A stretch of 64,000 nucleotides of DNA from an uncultured cyanobacterium (GCA_963706595.1 OY970166.1:992001-1056000), one strand, 5' to 3'. Positions 29,867 to 41,301 are shown, numbered from the stretch's first letter. Translations and numbers: made by a program. Notes: generated from the sequence alone by a model not told the origin.

Positions 29867-31996
29867 ATGTCAGAATTATGGACTAATTTATTTACATCAG
29901 GGCAATTTATACCACACGGACATTGCTATTTATGGAAACCAAATTTAGTCTGGTTACACTTAATATCTGATTTGGTAACAGGACTAGCCTATTACTCCAT
30001 TCCAGCGACACTTTTTTACTTTGTCCGCAAACGGCTGGATTTACCCTTTCATGGGATGTTTCTGCTGTTTATTGGATTTATCTTAGCTTGCGGCACAACT
30101 CACTTCATGGCAGTTTGGACACTTTGGTATCCCACTTATTGGCTGTCGGGGTTGATTAAAGCAATAACGGCAATCGTATCTTTAATTACAGCCGTAGAAC
30201 TTGTACCCTTAGTTCCCCTAGCTCTTGCACTTCCCAGTCCGGCTCAACTAGAACAAGCCAATCAAGAACTACAAACACAAATCGTCGAGCGATTACGGGT
30301 AGAACAAGAATTGAGAAAACACCAAAATCATCTAGAAGAGTTAGTCGCTATTCGCACTGAGGAAATTACCAAGTCTAACGAGCAATTAAAGCTAGAAATT
30401 GCTGAACGCCAGCGCATTCTATCAGTTCTCAGACACAGTGAACAGCGTTACCGTTATTTAGCTGAGTCAATTCCCCAACTTGTATGGACTGCTGATGTCG
30501 ATGGCAGTACTGACTATTTTAACAGCAATTGGTGTAAATACACGGGACTAGAAATGGAGCAGTCTGTGGGTTTTGGTTGGTTAACAGCGTTGCATCCTGA
30601 CGATGTAGAAAGAGCAGGTCAAGTGTGGTTAAATGCCGTATCTAATGGGACTGTATATGAAACTGAATACCGCTTCCAACGAGGTGATGATGGTTGCTAT
30701 CGCTGGCACTTAGGGCGAGGCTTACCAGTTAAAGATGAGGAAGGTAATGTAGTGAAGTGGTTCGGTACTTGTACAGATATCCATGAACACAAGCAAATAC
30801 TTGAAGAACGAGCGCACCTGCTGGAATTAGAACAAATTGCCAGAGAAAAAGCCGAAACAGCTAATCGCATTAAAGATGAATTTCTGGCTGTACTTTCTCA
30901 TGAGTTACGCACTCCATTAAATGCGATTTTGGGGTGGTCGAAGTTATTGCAAACTCGGAATTTTGATCAAGAAAAAAGATTACAAGCACTAGCTACAATC
31001 GAGCGCAATGGCAAATTACTGGTTCAACTAATTGAGGATTTGTTGGATACTTCGAGAATTTTACAAGGCAAATTGACGCTGCAAATTACGAAAATCAATT
31101 TGGCATCTACAATATTGTCTGCATTAGATACCATGCGGTTAGCATTAGAAACTAAATCGATTCGGGTGACGACAATTTTTGAACCGAATATGGGCATGAT
31201 TATGGGTGATTCTACTCGCTTGCAGCAAGTTGTCTGGAATCTTCTTTCTAATGCGATTAAATTTACACCCAATCAGGGAAAAATAGCAGTGGAATTAAGG
31301 CAGGCTGATGGTTATGCTCAAGTTATAGTGAGTGATACAGGTCAGGGAATTAATTCAGAGTTTCTGCCCTATGCTTTTGATTATTTCCAACAAGCAGATA
31401 GCAGTTCTGTGCGAAAATTTGGCGGGTTAGGACTGGGATTAGCCATTGTGCGGAATATTGTGGATATGCATGGCGGTATGGTGAAAGCAGAAAGTCTGGG
31501 TGAGGGACAAGGAGCAACTTTTACTATTAGTTTACCCCTTCGTCAAGATAATAGCCCCAGTCTCCTAGATGCTGCTAATTTACCCACAAATTTAGCAGTT
31601 AATTCTTTACTTCTGGCGGGGATAAAAGTTTTAATTGTTGAGGATGATGATGATGCGCGAGATTTTCTGCTGTTTGTATTAGAGGAAGAGGGGGCTGAGG
31701 CGATCGCCGTATCTTCGGCTTTTGCAGCTTTGGAAGTATTAATTCAGGTAAAGCCAGATATTTTAGTCAGCGATATTAGTATGCCGGATATGGATGGCTA
31801 TATGCTCATACATCAAGTCAGAACTTTGACTCCAGAAGCCGGGGGACAAATTCCCGCGATCGCCTTAACAGCCTATGCTAGAGATGAGGACCAGCAACAA
31901 GCACTAAAAGCAGGGTATCAAATGCACTTATCTAAGCCTGTGAACACAGAAAAATTAATTGCCGCAATTCTCAAACTGGTGGCAACAGCAGTGTAA
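29867..31996 (+). CDS. Hybrid sensor histidine kinase (ethylene-receptor-like TM domain, PAS, HisKA, HATPase, REC)
   Basis: SDxxxxxAYYSIP and FILACGTTH; SHELRTPL; GGLGLGL; DISMPDMDG. Confidence 0.92.
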   Translation: MSELWTNLFTSGQFIPHGHCYLWKPNLVWLHLISDLVTGLAYYSIPATLFYFVRKRLDLPFHGMFLLFIGFILACGTTHFMAVWTLWYPTYWLSGLIKAITAIVSLITAVELVPLVPLALALPSPAQLEQANQELQTQIVERLRVEQELRKHQNHLEELVAIRTEEITKSNEQLKLEIAERQRILSVLRHSEQRYRYLAESIPQLVWTADVDGSTDYFNSNWCKYTGLEMEQSVGFGWLTALHPDDVERAGQVWLNAVSNGTVYETEYRFQRGDDGCYRWHLGRGLPVKDEEGNVVKWFGTCTDIHEHKQILEERAHLLELEQIAREKAETANRIKDEFLAVLSHELRTPLNAILGWSKLLQTRNFDQEKRLQALATIERNGKLLVQLIEDLLDTSRILQGKLTLQITKINLASTILSALDTMRLALETKSIRVTTIFEPNMGMIMGDSTRLQQVVWNLLSNAIKFTPNQGKIAVELRQADGYAQVIVSDTGQGINSEFLPYAFDYFQQADSSSVRKFGGLGLGLAIVRNIVDMHGGMVKAESLGEGQGATFTISLPLRQDNSPSLLDAANLPTNLAVNSLLLAGIKVLIVEDDDDARDFLLFVLEEEGAEAIAVSSAFAALEVLIQVKPDILVSDISMPDMDGYMLIHQVRTLTPEAGGQIPAIALTAYARDEDQQQALKAGYQMHLSKPVNTEKLIAAILKLVATAV

Positions 31997-32027
31997 TATC
32001 ATGTCTATGTTGATCAGGAGTAATTGA

Positions 32028-32363
32028 GTGCAAAAACTACTAATATTGTTAACGGTGACAATTTTTTTATTATTCAATAATTTTAGTTCTCCTGCAATCG
32101 CCGCACAAACAAATCATGGCGCAGAACTTTTTAGTATTCATTGTGCAGGTTGTCATATCAACGGTGGTAACATCATCCGTCGGGGGAAAAACTTAAAAAA
32201 ACCAGCCCTAAAAAAATATGGCATGGACACCATAGAGGCAGTTACAGGTATAATTACTAATGGTAAAAATAATATGTCAGCCTACAAAGACCGCCTGACA
32301 ACACCGGAAATTCAAGAAGTTGCGGCTTATGTCCTTGAACAAGCCGAAATAGGTTGGCGTTAG
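32028..32363 (+). CDS. Cytochrome c6-like protein (c6B/c6C type)
   Basis: CAGCH and IITNGKNNMSAY. Confidence 0.85.
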   Translation: MQKLLILLTVTIFLLFNNFSSPAIAAQTNHGAELFSIHCAGCHINGGNIIRRGKNLKKPALKKYGMDTIEAVTGIITNGKNNMSAYKDRLTTPEIQEVAAYVLEQAEIGWR

Positions 32364-32419
32364 ATACAGCACTTGGCGACGAATATCGGCGATCACCAAA
32401 ACTAACAGGAGTTTCTCGT

Positions 32420-32878
32420 ATGCAATCTAGCACTACCCCCCAAACTAGCCTTGTACCCGGAAACCTGCGTTGTGTGCATCATATTGCTCTCAATGTCCAA
32501 GATATGCAAGCTTCACGGTATTTTTACGGTACTGTTTTAGGTTTGCATGAACTGACAGGCGATGAAGTACCAGCCACCTTGATAGAACTTGTGGCTACAG
32601 GGAAAGTTGCCAATTTTGTTACCCCCGATGGCACAATTTTGGATTTATTTTGGGAACCGGAATTATCACCACCAGATCCCAATCCCGAAAAGACATTTAC
32701 CAGAGCATATCATCTGGCCTTTGATATAGATCCGCGATTATTTGAGTCAGCCGTGGCAGTCCTGAGAGAAAATGAGATTGCGATCGCACACGGTCCAGTA
32801 ACTCGTCCGACCGGGAGAGGTGTGTACTTTTATGATCCCGATGGCTTAATGCTGGAAATTCGTTGCAATCCAGAATAA
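32420..32878 (+). CDS. VOC/glyoxalase family protein
   Basis: HHIAL, HLAF and YFYDPDG; AGGAG RBS before ATG 32420. Confidence 0.88.
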   Translation: MQSSTTPQTSLVPGNLRCVHHIALNVQDMQASRYFYGTVLGLHELTGDEVPATLIELVATGKVANFVTPDGTILDLFWEPELSPPDPNPEKTFTRAYHLAFDIDPRLFESAVAVLRENEIAIAHGPVTRPTGRGVYFYDPDGLMLEIRCNPE

Positions 32879-32936
32879 CATCCAAATTCTCCCCTCTCCT
32901 TAGCAAGGAGAGGGGCTGGGGGTGAGGTTATCTATT

Positions 32937-33551
32937 TTATTGGGAAGATGTATTTGGATTTAACATCGTAGTTGGTGGAGAAGTGAGATTCAAGAAAGTG
33001 ATCAGTTTGAGAGTACGACTTTTAATTTTCCAATGCCCATTGACTTTGACGACTTCATCCTCATAAGTACCATTAGCTATATCAATGCTGGTGTCCGAAC
33101 GTTTGTGAGTTGCATGGAGGTAAGAAGACATATTTCCTTCGTTCCCTTGAACTGAGATATTTATCGTCCCAATCAGATGTTGAGTAGCCTGATAGCCATT
33201 ATTTTGAAATACGGAAGCCACGAAATCCGCCCATGCATCCGTTCCGATCAGAGTTTGACTAACGCCATCAGGAAAAACTGCTGTAATAACTGCATTCTGA
33301 GTAAAACAATCTCGATAAATATTCTTTCCTTCTAAAACATTTCCGCTACCAATAGCGTCAGTTCCCAGGGCGTAACAAGTTGTTAATTTTTGAAGTTCCA
33401 ATTGCGCGTTCGGTTGAGTTGCATTTGCTGGCTCAAACCTACCCCCAATCAACAACACAAAAGTAATTGCTAGGGCGATTAAGGTGACACGATGCAACAA
33501 AAGTGAGATAAATTTTGAAAATGTGCGCCTGTTTTCTCTTCTGATTTCCAT
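32937..33551 (-). CDS. SnoaL/NTF2-like exported protein
   Basis: TQHLIG and GTYEDEVVKVNGHWKIKSR. Confidence 0.75.
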   Translation of the reverse strand: MEIRRENRRTFSKFISLLLHRVTLIALAITFVLLIGGRFEPANATQPNAQLELQKLTTCYALGTDAIGSGNVLEGKNIYRDCFTQNAVITAVFPDGVSQTLIGTDAWADFVASVFQNNGYQATQHLIGTINISVQGNEGNMSSYLHATHKRSDTSIDIANGTYEDEVVKVNGHWKIKSRTLKLITFLNLTSPPTTMLNPNTSSQ

Positions 33552-33919
33552 GAAATGACTTCCTGATTTTTGCTATGCTTGGATCTTGACTTTGAGGTAA
33601 ACTAAAACATCAAAAAGTTTTAGCTCATAAAAATGGGTTAATCAGATTAACCTCAATCCGGTATTTTACTTTTACAGAAAATAATTCTGCGAGTACAAGA
33701 CTTGTACACTGACTTGTTTATAACAGGTATAGAGATAATTTGTAACTGTTAAATAAAACTAATTTAAGATAAATTTTTAATTTTGCTCGCCTGATTTATA
33801 GATATAGCGGTATGCACTTCAATAAAGTACATTATAGCCCTCTCCTCGCTTGCACCGGAGGGGGTTGGGGGTGGGGTTCTTGTATCTCACATAACTGATA
33901 ACCGCTATAGAATATAAAC

Positions 33920-36900
33920 TTATATAGGAATAGAAATAATAAATTCCGTGCCTTCTCCTAAAACTGATTCACAGGTAAAACTACCATCGTGCTTTTCTTC
34001 TATAATTTTTTGACTGATAGATAATCCTAATCCTGTACCTTGTCCGACAGCTTTAGTAGTAAATAAATGATCAAAAATACATGATTTTACTTCTTCTGTC
34101 ATTCCTTTACCATTATCTTTGATCTTAATAATTAAATTTTTATGATTGTGAGATAATTTAGTATGAATTGTGATCATTTGAGCAGGTTTAGCTTGGTTCT
34201 CTGCATAAGTACAACCATTAGCTACTTCATCTAAAGCGTCAATAGCATTTGCTAATATATTCATAAATACCTGATTTAATTGTCCTAAATAGCATTTTAC
34301 TTTGGGAATATTTCCGTATTCTTTAATAATTTGAATAGCCGGACGATGTTGATTCGCTTTGAGGCGATGTTGTAAAATCAACAAAGTGCTATCAAGTCCT
34401 TCGTGGATATTGGCTAATAATTTAGATGTAGTATCAGCACGGGAAAAAGTACGCAGAGAAGTGCTGATGTTGCGGATACGTTGTGTACTCAATTTCATAC
34501 TATCAATCATCTTTGGTAAATCTGCTATCAGGTAATTTATATCTATTTCTTCGGCTTTTTCGGCAATTTCTGCCCCAGGATTCGGAAATTTTTCTTGGTA
34601 CATTTCTAGATAACTGATTAAATCAGTTACAGCATCTTTGGCTTGTACGATACTACCTGAAATAAACCCCACGGGGTTATTAATTTCGTGTGCTACCCCA
34701 GCAACTAAATTTCCCAGAGAAGACATTTTTTCACTTTGCATCAGTTGGATTTGTGTTGCTTGTAAATCTTTGAGCGATTGTTCTAATTGTCGAGATTTAT
34801 CTTGTTCTCTAGTATATAAGCGGGCATTTTCTATAGCACTCGCCATTTGAAAAACTAAAATTTTTAATACTTCTACCCTTTCTGGAAGAAAAGCTCCTAC
34901 TGTTAACTGATTTTCTAAGTAAATAATGCCTGTAAGCTGTGATTGATAAATAATCGGTAAACAAAAAATTGATTTAGATTGAAATTTCTCAACATAGCTA
35001 TCAACATTAAATGGTTCAGCCACTGTCGCGTCATTTAAGACAAGACTTTTCTGCGTTCTCAAAACGTAATTCACAACAGAAAGAGGTAAATATTGGGAGT
35101 TTTCAATAGGAATAGATTGTAAAACAATTACCTCATGATTAAACGCAGCACCAGAGGCTTCTATGTAAAGTTGATTATCTTTATATAGCAATAGCAATAC
35201 TTTCTGTGCGGCGGCATTTTGGAGTAAAATTTTGATTAACTTCGTCAGGAGATTTTCTAAGACGATTTCATTAGTAATCGCTTGAGAAAACTTGATAAAT
35301 GTCTTAAAATCTAGGACAGCACTAAAACCACTGCTGGTAGTAGTTTTAGTAGCAATGTGAGTCAAATCTGACTTGAAGGTAGAAGTTTCGGTATTGCTTG
35401 TTTGTTTAACTAGGAAATCATACTTTGATTCTAAGTGTTTAACTTTAGCGATCGCACCCCAACGAATATATGTATAATAGGCTTTAGTTATATAAGTTTG
35501 TTTAATTAATTCCTTGCCTAAAGCTTGATAAAAAACTCCAGCTAACTCATAGGCTAAGGCTTCTTCTTGGAGATAACCATTTTCCTGTGCTTGAGCAATA
35601 GCATTGTCATAGTATTCCATTGCTGCCAGTTTTTCACCCAAAACTCGATATCTTTCAGCCTCCACCAGATAAAATTTGTGTAAGTGATTCATGGGGGCGT
35701 GAGTAGCCCAGAGTTTCATTTTTTGCTGATTAGCTGCTACTTTTTCCAGAATAGAATTTTGCTCAGACTCTTGAGCAGTACCATAAATAGCTAGTTGGGC
35801 TAAAGAATCGTAAAAATAAAATAGAGGGACAACAAATAACCCTGTGACTCCACCTAAAGATTGTTCTGCCATTGCTGCATTTTCCACAGATTGATAGTAC
35901 TCTCCAAACAGATAAGAGAGCATCAGCTTATTAATAAATAAATGATTAATTGTGTAAAGGTCGTTAAATTTCTGATGAATTGGGAGCATATTTTGCTCAT
36001 TGTATGCTTCTCCTAATAAACAGGTGACATTTTCGGGATTAGTTTTCAAATTTATCACTGTTTGTAAATAGATGTGATTCCAAGTTAAAGCTACTTGTTG
36101 CTTAATTCTTTTGAGTGAATCACAGTAAGCAACCAGTTCCTTCTCTAACCCCCAAATTTCTTTACCTAGCCAAAATGAATGACAAGGATAAATATAACCA
36201 CAATAGCCAGCGTATTCTAAATCTCCAGTTTCCAAACCGCAAACATAGCCAGTTTTAGATGTTGAAAATGTTTCTCTAATATGTTCTTTCCAATGCAAAA
36301 CATGGGCGCTAATAACTGTGAGAATCTTCGCTTTGAGTTCTGTGGCGTTAAATTGTGATACCAGACTGAAAGCCAATTTCCCAAAATCATAGCCAGAATC
36401 AATTTTTCCTTGAACTCCGCACAGAATTAAGCCATAAAGACTATAACCATAAGCAGATACGGCTGTATTACCATATTTTAAAGATAAATTCACCATTTCA
36501 CAGGCAATAATTGGCATGATTGCTGGAGCAGTTTGAAAAGCCGCAGGGAGAACTCCCATTAAAATTTTCATTGCGGCTATCTGGTTAGGGTCAGTCATTA
36601 ATGGTAAATTAATTAAATCTGCGATTGCTTGACCTTCTAAATCATTAGCAGTTCCATCCATTCTTTGCTGAATATCAGTAGCAGTAGGCTGATTAGGCAG
36701 ATATATCCCCAATAATTGCAGAACTAATAGTGCAGTCTGGATAGCCTCTAATTGTTTGTTCTGGACTGTAGAAGCGACAATTTTAACTTCGTAAACTTTG
36801 ACTTTATCTAATAAAGTTTTGGCTTGTTGCAACACCAATTCAGCCCATTGCTGCATCTGCTCAAAGTTACCACTGAGATAGGCTAACTCTGCTGCGCCAT

Positions 36901-39334
36901 TATATAAACCAAGAGTTAATTTGTATTCAGTTTGCCAAGCATCTTCACTTAAAAGTTTGATCCCAGTTTCCAAGTATTTCAGCGCCGCTTCGTAAGCTGT
37001 AGAAGCTTTGGCTTTACATCCAGCCATTAAATTTAGTCGGGCTAATTCAGTTTTTTCAGATTTATTAACTAGGTAAACAATACCGATATTTAACTGATTT
37101 ACAAGATCAAAAATATGGGTTTCTATTTCCTCTTTAGGTGTATTTTTTAAAAGTAACTCACCTATTTTGAAATGAGTCAGTTTTTTTTGAGATTCAGGAA
37201 TTAAGGAATAAGCAGCTTGTTGCACTCTGTCATGTAAAAATTTATAACCTACCCGCGAACTATCAAAATTTAAATTAACTGCTTCTGCTTGATTAAATAC
37301 TAAAGGAATGCGGTAAGCCTCATTTAAAGGCAAGATTAATCCTGCTTGCAAAGCTGAGTACAAATTATTTGCAGTCAAAGAAGACGATTTTTCATAAATA
37401 ATTGATAAAACATCTAAATTAAAACTGTCACCCACACAGGCTGCTAATTTCAAAACATCTTGGGTAACTTTTGGTAGCTTCTTCAACCGACTAGCAACCA
37501 GTTCAACTACATTTTTATCGGTAATGCCAATTGCTTGAATTTCTGCTAAACTCCATTGCCATTGAGCAGCTTTAAAGTCAAAGTGTAAGAGCTTTTCTTG
37601 ATAAAGTACCTGAAGTAGTTGGGTAATAAAGAATGGGTTCCCGCCTGTTTTATTACAAATTAATTCAGCTAATTCAATCAGGTTTTTATGATTTTCTTGA
37701 CCAGTATTAACAATTAAGTCCCTTTCTTGTGTGGTTTCAGCAATTAACTGAGTCACATTCTCTAAATCCAAAGGCTGCAAGACAATAGTATTAACGACTG
37801 CGCCAGCATCTTTAATTTCTGCTATAGTTTGAATTAATGGATGTGCCGAACTGACTTCATTATCCCGATAGGCTCCAATTAATAATAAATGTTTACTGTT
37901 AGCATCGTTCATTAATATTTGGACTAAATTTAATGTAGCAGCATCTGCCCATTGCAAATCATCTAAAAATATCACTAAAGGGTGTTCTTTTTCAGTAAAG
38001 ACTTTAATAAATTTCTCAAAAACACGATGGAAACGATTTTGCGATTCCGTTGCGCCAAGTTGAGGAAGTTCCGGCTGTTTATCGATAATTAATTCCACTT
38101 CCGGAATGACATCAATAATTACTTGTCCATTACTTCCTAGCGCTGCCAAAATTTTATTGCGCCATGCTTCTATTTTCTGATTATTCTCTGTTAATAAGCA
38201 ACGGATTAAGTCAGTAAAAGCCTGAATTAAAGCAGCATAGGGAACATTGCGCTTTAATTGGTCAAATTTCCCTGAAATAAAATAACCTTGCTGGCGGGTA
38301 ATTGGTTTACTAACTTCATTAACCAGTGCCGATTTACCAATACCGGAATAACCAGACACTAGCATGATTTCGCTAGTTCCAAATGTAACGTTTTCAAATG
38401 CGGCTAAAAGTTGTTTAACTTGTTGCTCACGTCCATATAATTTTTGTGGAATTAATAGCTGACTTAATACATCTAAGTGTCCGGGAACAAAGTTAATAAT
38501 TTCACCAGCATTTTTCAAATGATGAAGACATAACTCTAAATCTGCTAATAATCCTGTTGCACTTTGATATCTATCTTCCGCATTTTTCGCCATCAACTTC
38601 ATCACAATAGCTGAGATGTTGGTAGGTATTTGTGGATTTAATGACTGTGGGTTTATGGCTGTAACAGCAATATGACTGTAAACTATTTCTAAGGGGTCTT
38701 CGCTAAAAAATGGAATTTTCCCAGTGAGCATTTCATATAAGGTAACACCCAGAGAATAAAAATCACTACGATAATCAAGAACTCGGTTCATTCTCCCGGT
38801 TTGTTCAGGAGACATATAGGCAAGTGTACCTTCAACACAATTGGGGTTAGTAAATTGGGGATTTTCTTGATTAAGGCGGGAAGCTATACCAAAATCAGTG
38901 AGTTTAACCAGATATGTTTGCGAATTAATAATAATATTACTGGGCTTAATATCCTTATGAATAATCTGATTTTTATGTAAATAATCTAAAGCTTGAGTTA
39001 TTTGAATAGCTATATTTAAATGGTTAACTAAAGTGAGTTTTTTGACTTGGAGGATTTGTGCTAAAGACTGACCCCCAAAGTCTTCTAACAATAATCCCAT
39101 GCGATGCTCGAATGTTTCCAGGCTGATGGCTTTAACTATATGGGGATGTTCTAAACCTTGCTGAATTTGATACTCATTTTTCAGGTGGGTAAAGGCTTCT
39201 AGGGTGGGGTATTCATTTTTCAGAACTTTGAGAATAACTGGCTGTTGCGTGTTGGGTATTTGTGTTTGATAGATAATAGTCTGACTTCCTTCGTGGAGAG
39301 TGGAGTTGATTTGGTATCCAGTAAGGTTTAACAT
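33920..39334 (-). CDS. Ser/Thr kinase-AAA ATPase-GAF-histidine kinase multidomain protein
   Basis: HKDIKPSN, DFG, GYSGIGKS, LDDLQW, GAF domain, HEINNP and GTGLGL. Confidence 0.95.
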   Translation of the reverse strand: MLNLTGYQINSTLHEGSQTIIYQTQIPNTQQPVILKVLKNEYPTLEAFTHLKNEYQIQQGLEHPHIVKAISLETFEHRMGLLLEDFGGQSLAQILQVKKLTLVNHLNIAIQITQALDYLHKNQIIHKDIKPSNIIINSQTYLVKLTDFGIASRLNQENPQFTNPNCVEGTLAYMSPEQTGRMNRVLDYRSDFYSLGVTLYEMLTGKIPFFSEDPLEIVYSHIAVTAINPQSLNPQIPTNISAIVMKLMAKNAEDRYQSATGLLADLELCLHHLKNAGEIINFVPGHLDVLSQLLIPQKLYGREQQVKQLLAAFENVTFGTSEIMLVSGYSGIGKSALVNEVSKPITRQQGYFISGKFDQLKRNVPYAALIQAFTDLIRCLLTENNQKIEAWRNKILAALGSNGQVIIDVIPEVELIIDKQPELPQLGATESQNRFHRVFEKFIKVFTEKEHPLVIFLDDLQWADAATLNLVQILMNDANSKHLLLIGAYRDNEVSSAHPLIQTIAEIKDAGAVVNTIVLQPLDLENVTQLIAETTQERDLIVNTGQENHKNLIELAELICNKTGGNPFFITQLLQVLYQEKLLHFDFKAAQWQWSLAEIQAIGITDKNVVELVASRLKKLPKVTQDVLKLAACVGDSFNLDVLSIIYEKSSSLTANNLYSALQAGLILPLNEAYRIPLVFNQAEAVNLNFDSSRVGYKFLHDRVQQAAYSLIPESQKKLTHFKIGELLLKNTPKEEIETHIFDLVNQLNIGIVYLVNKSEKTELARLNLMAGCKAKASTAYEAALKYLETGIKLLSEDAWQTEYKLTLGLYNGAAELAYLSGNFEQMQQWAELVLQQAKTLLDKVKVYEVKIVASTVQNKQLEAIQTALLVLQLLGIYLPNQPTATDIQQRMDGTANDLEGQAIADLINLPLMTDPNQIAAMKILMGVLPAAFQTAPAIMPIIACEMVNLSLKYGNTAVSAYGYSLYGLILCGVQGKIDSGYDFGKLAFSLVSQFNATELKAKILTVISAHVLHWKEHIRETFSTSKTGYVCGLETGDLEYAGYCGYIYPCHSFWLGKEIWGLEKELVAYCDSLKRIKQQVALTWNHIYLQTVINLKTNPENVTCLLGEAYNEQNMLPIHQKFNDLYTINHLFINKLMLSYLFGEYYQSVENAAMAEQSLGGVTGLFVVPLFYFYDSLAQLAIYGTAQESEQNSILEKVAANQQKMKLWATHAPMNHLHKFYLVEAERYRVLGEKLAAMEYYDNAIAQAQENGYLQEEALAYELAGVFYQALGKELIKQTYITKAYYTYIRWGAIAKVKHLESKYDFLVKQTSNTETSTFKSDLTHIATKTTTSSGFSAVLDFKTFIKFSQAITNEIVLENLLTKLIKILLQNAAAQKVLLLLYKDNQLYIEASGAAFNHEVIVLQSIPIENSQYLPLSVVNYVLRTQKSLVLNDATVAEPFNVDSYVEKFQSKSIFCLPIIYQSQLTGIIYLENQLTVGAFLPERVEVLKILVFQMASAIENARLYTREQDKSRQLEQSLKDLQATQIQLMQSEKMSSLGNLVAGVAHEINNPVGFISGSIVQAKDAVTDLISYLEMYQEKFPNPGAEIAEKAEEIDINYLIADLPKMIDSMKLSTQRIRNISTSLRTFSRADTTSKLLANIHEGLDSTLLILQHRLKANQHRPAIQIIKEYGNIPKVKCYLGQLNQVFMNILANAIDALDEVANGCTYAENQAKPAQMITIHTKLSHNHKNLIIKIKDNGKGMTEEVKSCIFDHLFTTKAVGQGTGLGLSISQKIIEEKHDGSFTCESVLGEGTEFIISIPI

Positions 39335-39623
39335 TGCTGTTTAACTATAAACTTACAAAAATCCCCCTACCTCAATGGGAAAGGGGTGATGGTTTCATTA
39401 TTCCCAATATCAAGGGATTATTATCATTTTATAGCGATCGCACTCAGCCCAGGGATCAATACGGTTCAGTTCAGGGTCAATTCGCTCAAAAAAACCCAAA
39501 TCAAAGAATTAAACATCTTGACTTCTCGGCGGTTAATTCTTCAAATTTCACCGTATTAGCTCTAAAATTAGAAATATCATTGCCTGACCGCAGGATAATT
39601 AGCCGACCTGTACGAGACTGAAA

Positions 39624-39743
39624 TTAACCAAAGATTGCGCCATTCCCACCCCACATTGTACATTTAGCATCGGTAAATTCTCTATCTCTATAAATCCGAT
39701 TTTCTGGTACACCCAAATTTTGGTTAATTTGTTGACAAAAGTC
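39624..39743 (-). pseudogene. Decayed duplicate of the MIF gene 3' end
   Basis: Aligns by eye to 41738-41851 (DFCQ...GVPENRIY...MWGWNGAxFG*) with substitutions and indels. Confidence 0.85.
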
Positions 39744-39816
39744 CTTTCAAGGTGAATAAAAATCATCCCCATCATAGATTCCGCCATAACCTATTACTGT
39801 GTTAAACAGCTAACCG

Positions 39817-40698
39817 TTAACTGCTCTGTACCTCAACGCTTGCTTCCGGCTCAATCTTCTCAGGGATTTGACTGAGAACCAGCGCTACTAACACCAGAAT
39901 CGCGCCAATTACACCGCGTATTCCCAGATGTTCTCCAAGTAGCCAAAAGGAGAAAATGGTCGCAAACAATGGCTCAAGTGTATAGAGTAAGGCAGTTTCC
40001 TCAGATGAAACCCATTGCTGTGCTAATGTTTGCAGCCAGATGACAGCAGCAGTCGCCAATAGCCCTAAGTAGAGAATCGCGCCCCAGTGTTGTTGAATCA
40101 CCTCAAATTGGTCAATGATTTGCGTATTATTCCAGAGTAACCCTAGCCCGGCGATGAACAAAAGTTGAACACTGGTGAGTGTTAAAGTCGGGTGACGGGA
40201 AGCGACGCGTTCTAAGAAAAGTATGTAGACTGCATAGACAAAAGCATCAATGAACATCAAAACATCGCCAATTCCTAGTTCTCCCCCTTCCCAAAACATC
40301 ACCCCAATACCCAGAACAGCTACACCAGAGGCGAGGAAAGTTCTCAATAGTACGCGCTGACCACTCAGCCATCCTAGTAGAGGGACGATGAGTGCGTTCA
40401 AACTGCCAATGAATGCCGCCCGGTTTGCTGGTATAGTTTTGAGTGCAATTGTTTCTAAAGCTAAGAAAAAGAACAGCAAAAGCCCTAAGACTGTACCATC
40501 ACGACATAAAAGTGCGTTAATATTACGTAAATTTAGGCTAAAAACGCCAGCAGCGATCACAAAGCGTGTAGCAATTAATGCGCTTGGTGCAAGGCTACCA
40601 ACGAGGTCTTTAGTCAATGGAAAAGTTGTAGCGCTAATTACATTCACAAAGATAAGCAGCATGATTCCTTTGAAATGCAGCGTATTTTTAATTTCCAT
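39817..40698 (-). CDS. EamA/DMT-family transporter
   Basis: About 10 TM helices; RF, GD and LEPLFA motifs. Confidence 0.9.
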   Translation of the reverse strand: MEIKNTLHFKGIMLLIFVNVISATTFPLTKDLVGSLAPSALIATRFVIAAGVFSLNLRNINALLCRDGTVLGLLLFFFLALETIALKTIPANRAAFIGSLNALIVPLLGWLSGQRVLLRTFLASGVAVLGIGVMFWEGGELGIGDVLMFIDAFVYAVYILFLERVASRHPTLTLTSVQLLFIAGLGLLWNNTQIIDQFEVIQQHWGAILYLGLLATAAVIWLQTLAQQWVSSEETALLYTLEPLFATIFSFWLLGEHLGIRGVIGAILVLVALVLSQIPEKIEPEASVEVQSS

Positions 40699-40870
40699 TA
40701 AACTAATTGATTGACTAATGTTTCTTTACATCCATTGAGAATGCGAAAAAGAGATAAAAAATGTTGGTTTTTTTCAGTCGAATCAGTGGCTTTTGAATTA
40801 AGCATTTTGATCAGAGGATGTGGAAAAAGTCAAACAATTTTAGATTTTAGATTTTAGATTTTAGATTTTA

Positions 40871-41033
40871 GAGGATGTTTCAAAAGTCGTAAAGTATACT
40901 AAAAACCTCACTTCCATTCCTCTCTCCTACAAGGAGAGAGGCTTTGAAACCCCCATTCCCTTGTAGGGTAGGGGGTAGGGGGGTTAGGTTTATAAAATTT
41001 TTGAGTAATAAACAATACTTTTCAAACAACCTC
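40871..41033. mobile_element. MITE with GAGGATGTTT inverted ends, inserted in a TTTTAGA array and carrying a double palindromic repeat
   Basis: TTA duplication on both sides; inverted termini. Confidence 0.75.
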
Positions 41034-41066
41034 TTAGATTTTAGTTCAACCCACAAATAAATCTAG

Positions 41067-41160
41067 TAGGACTTACGCACAAATTACGGAATAACGAACC
41101 ACTCCAGACGCAGAGAAAACAGAGGAATAAAGGTTTGAGAGAGTTTTTGCGTAAGTCCTG
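41067..41160. mobile_element. MITE with AGGACTTACGCA inverted ends
   Basis: Flanks TCTAG and TTTAG form a near-perfect 5-bp duplication. Confidence 0.72.
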
Positions 41161-41301
41161 TTTAGTACAGGTCGGCGGAAATATAGGAATCCGATTTAAT
41201 TTATGAAACAACCTAAGTACAGGTAGGGTGTGTTAGGCGTAAGCCGTAACGCACCGAAGGCCTTGGGGAAGGTGCGTTACGGATTTCATCCTAACGCACC
41301 C

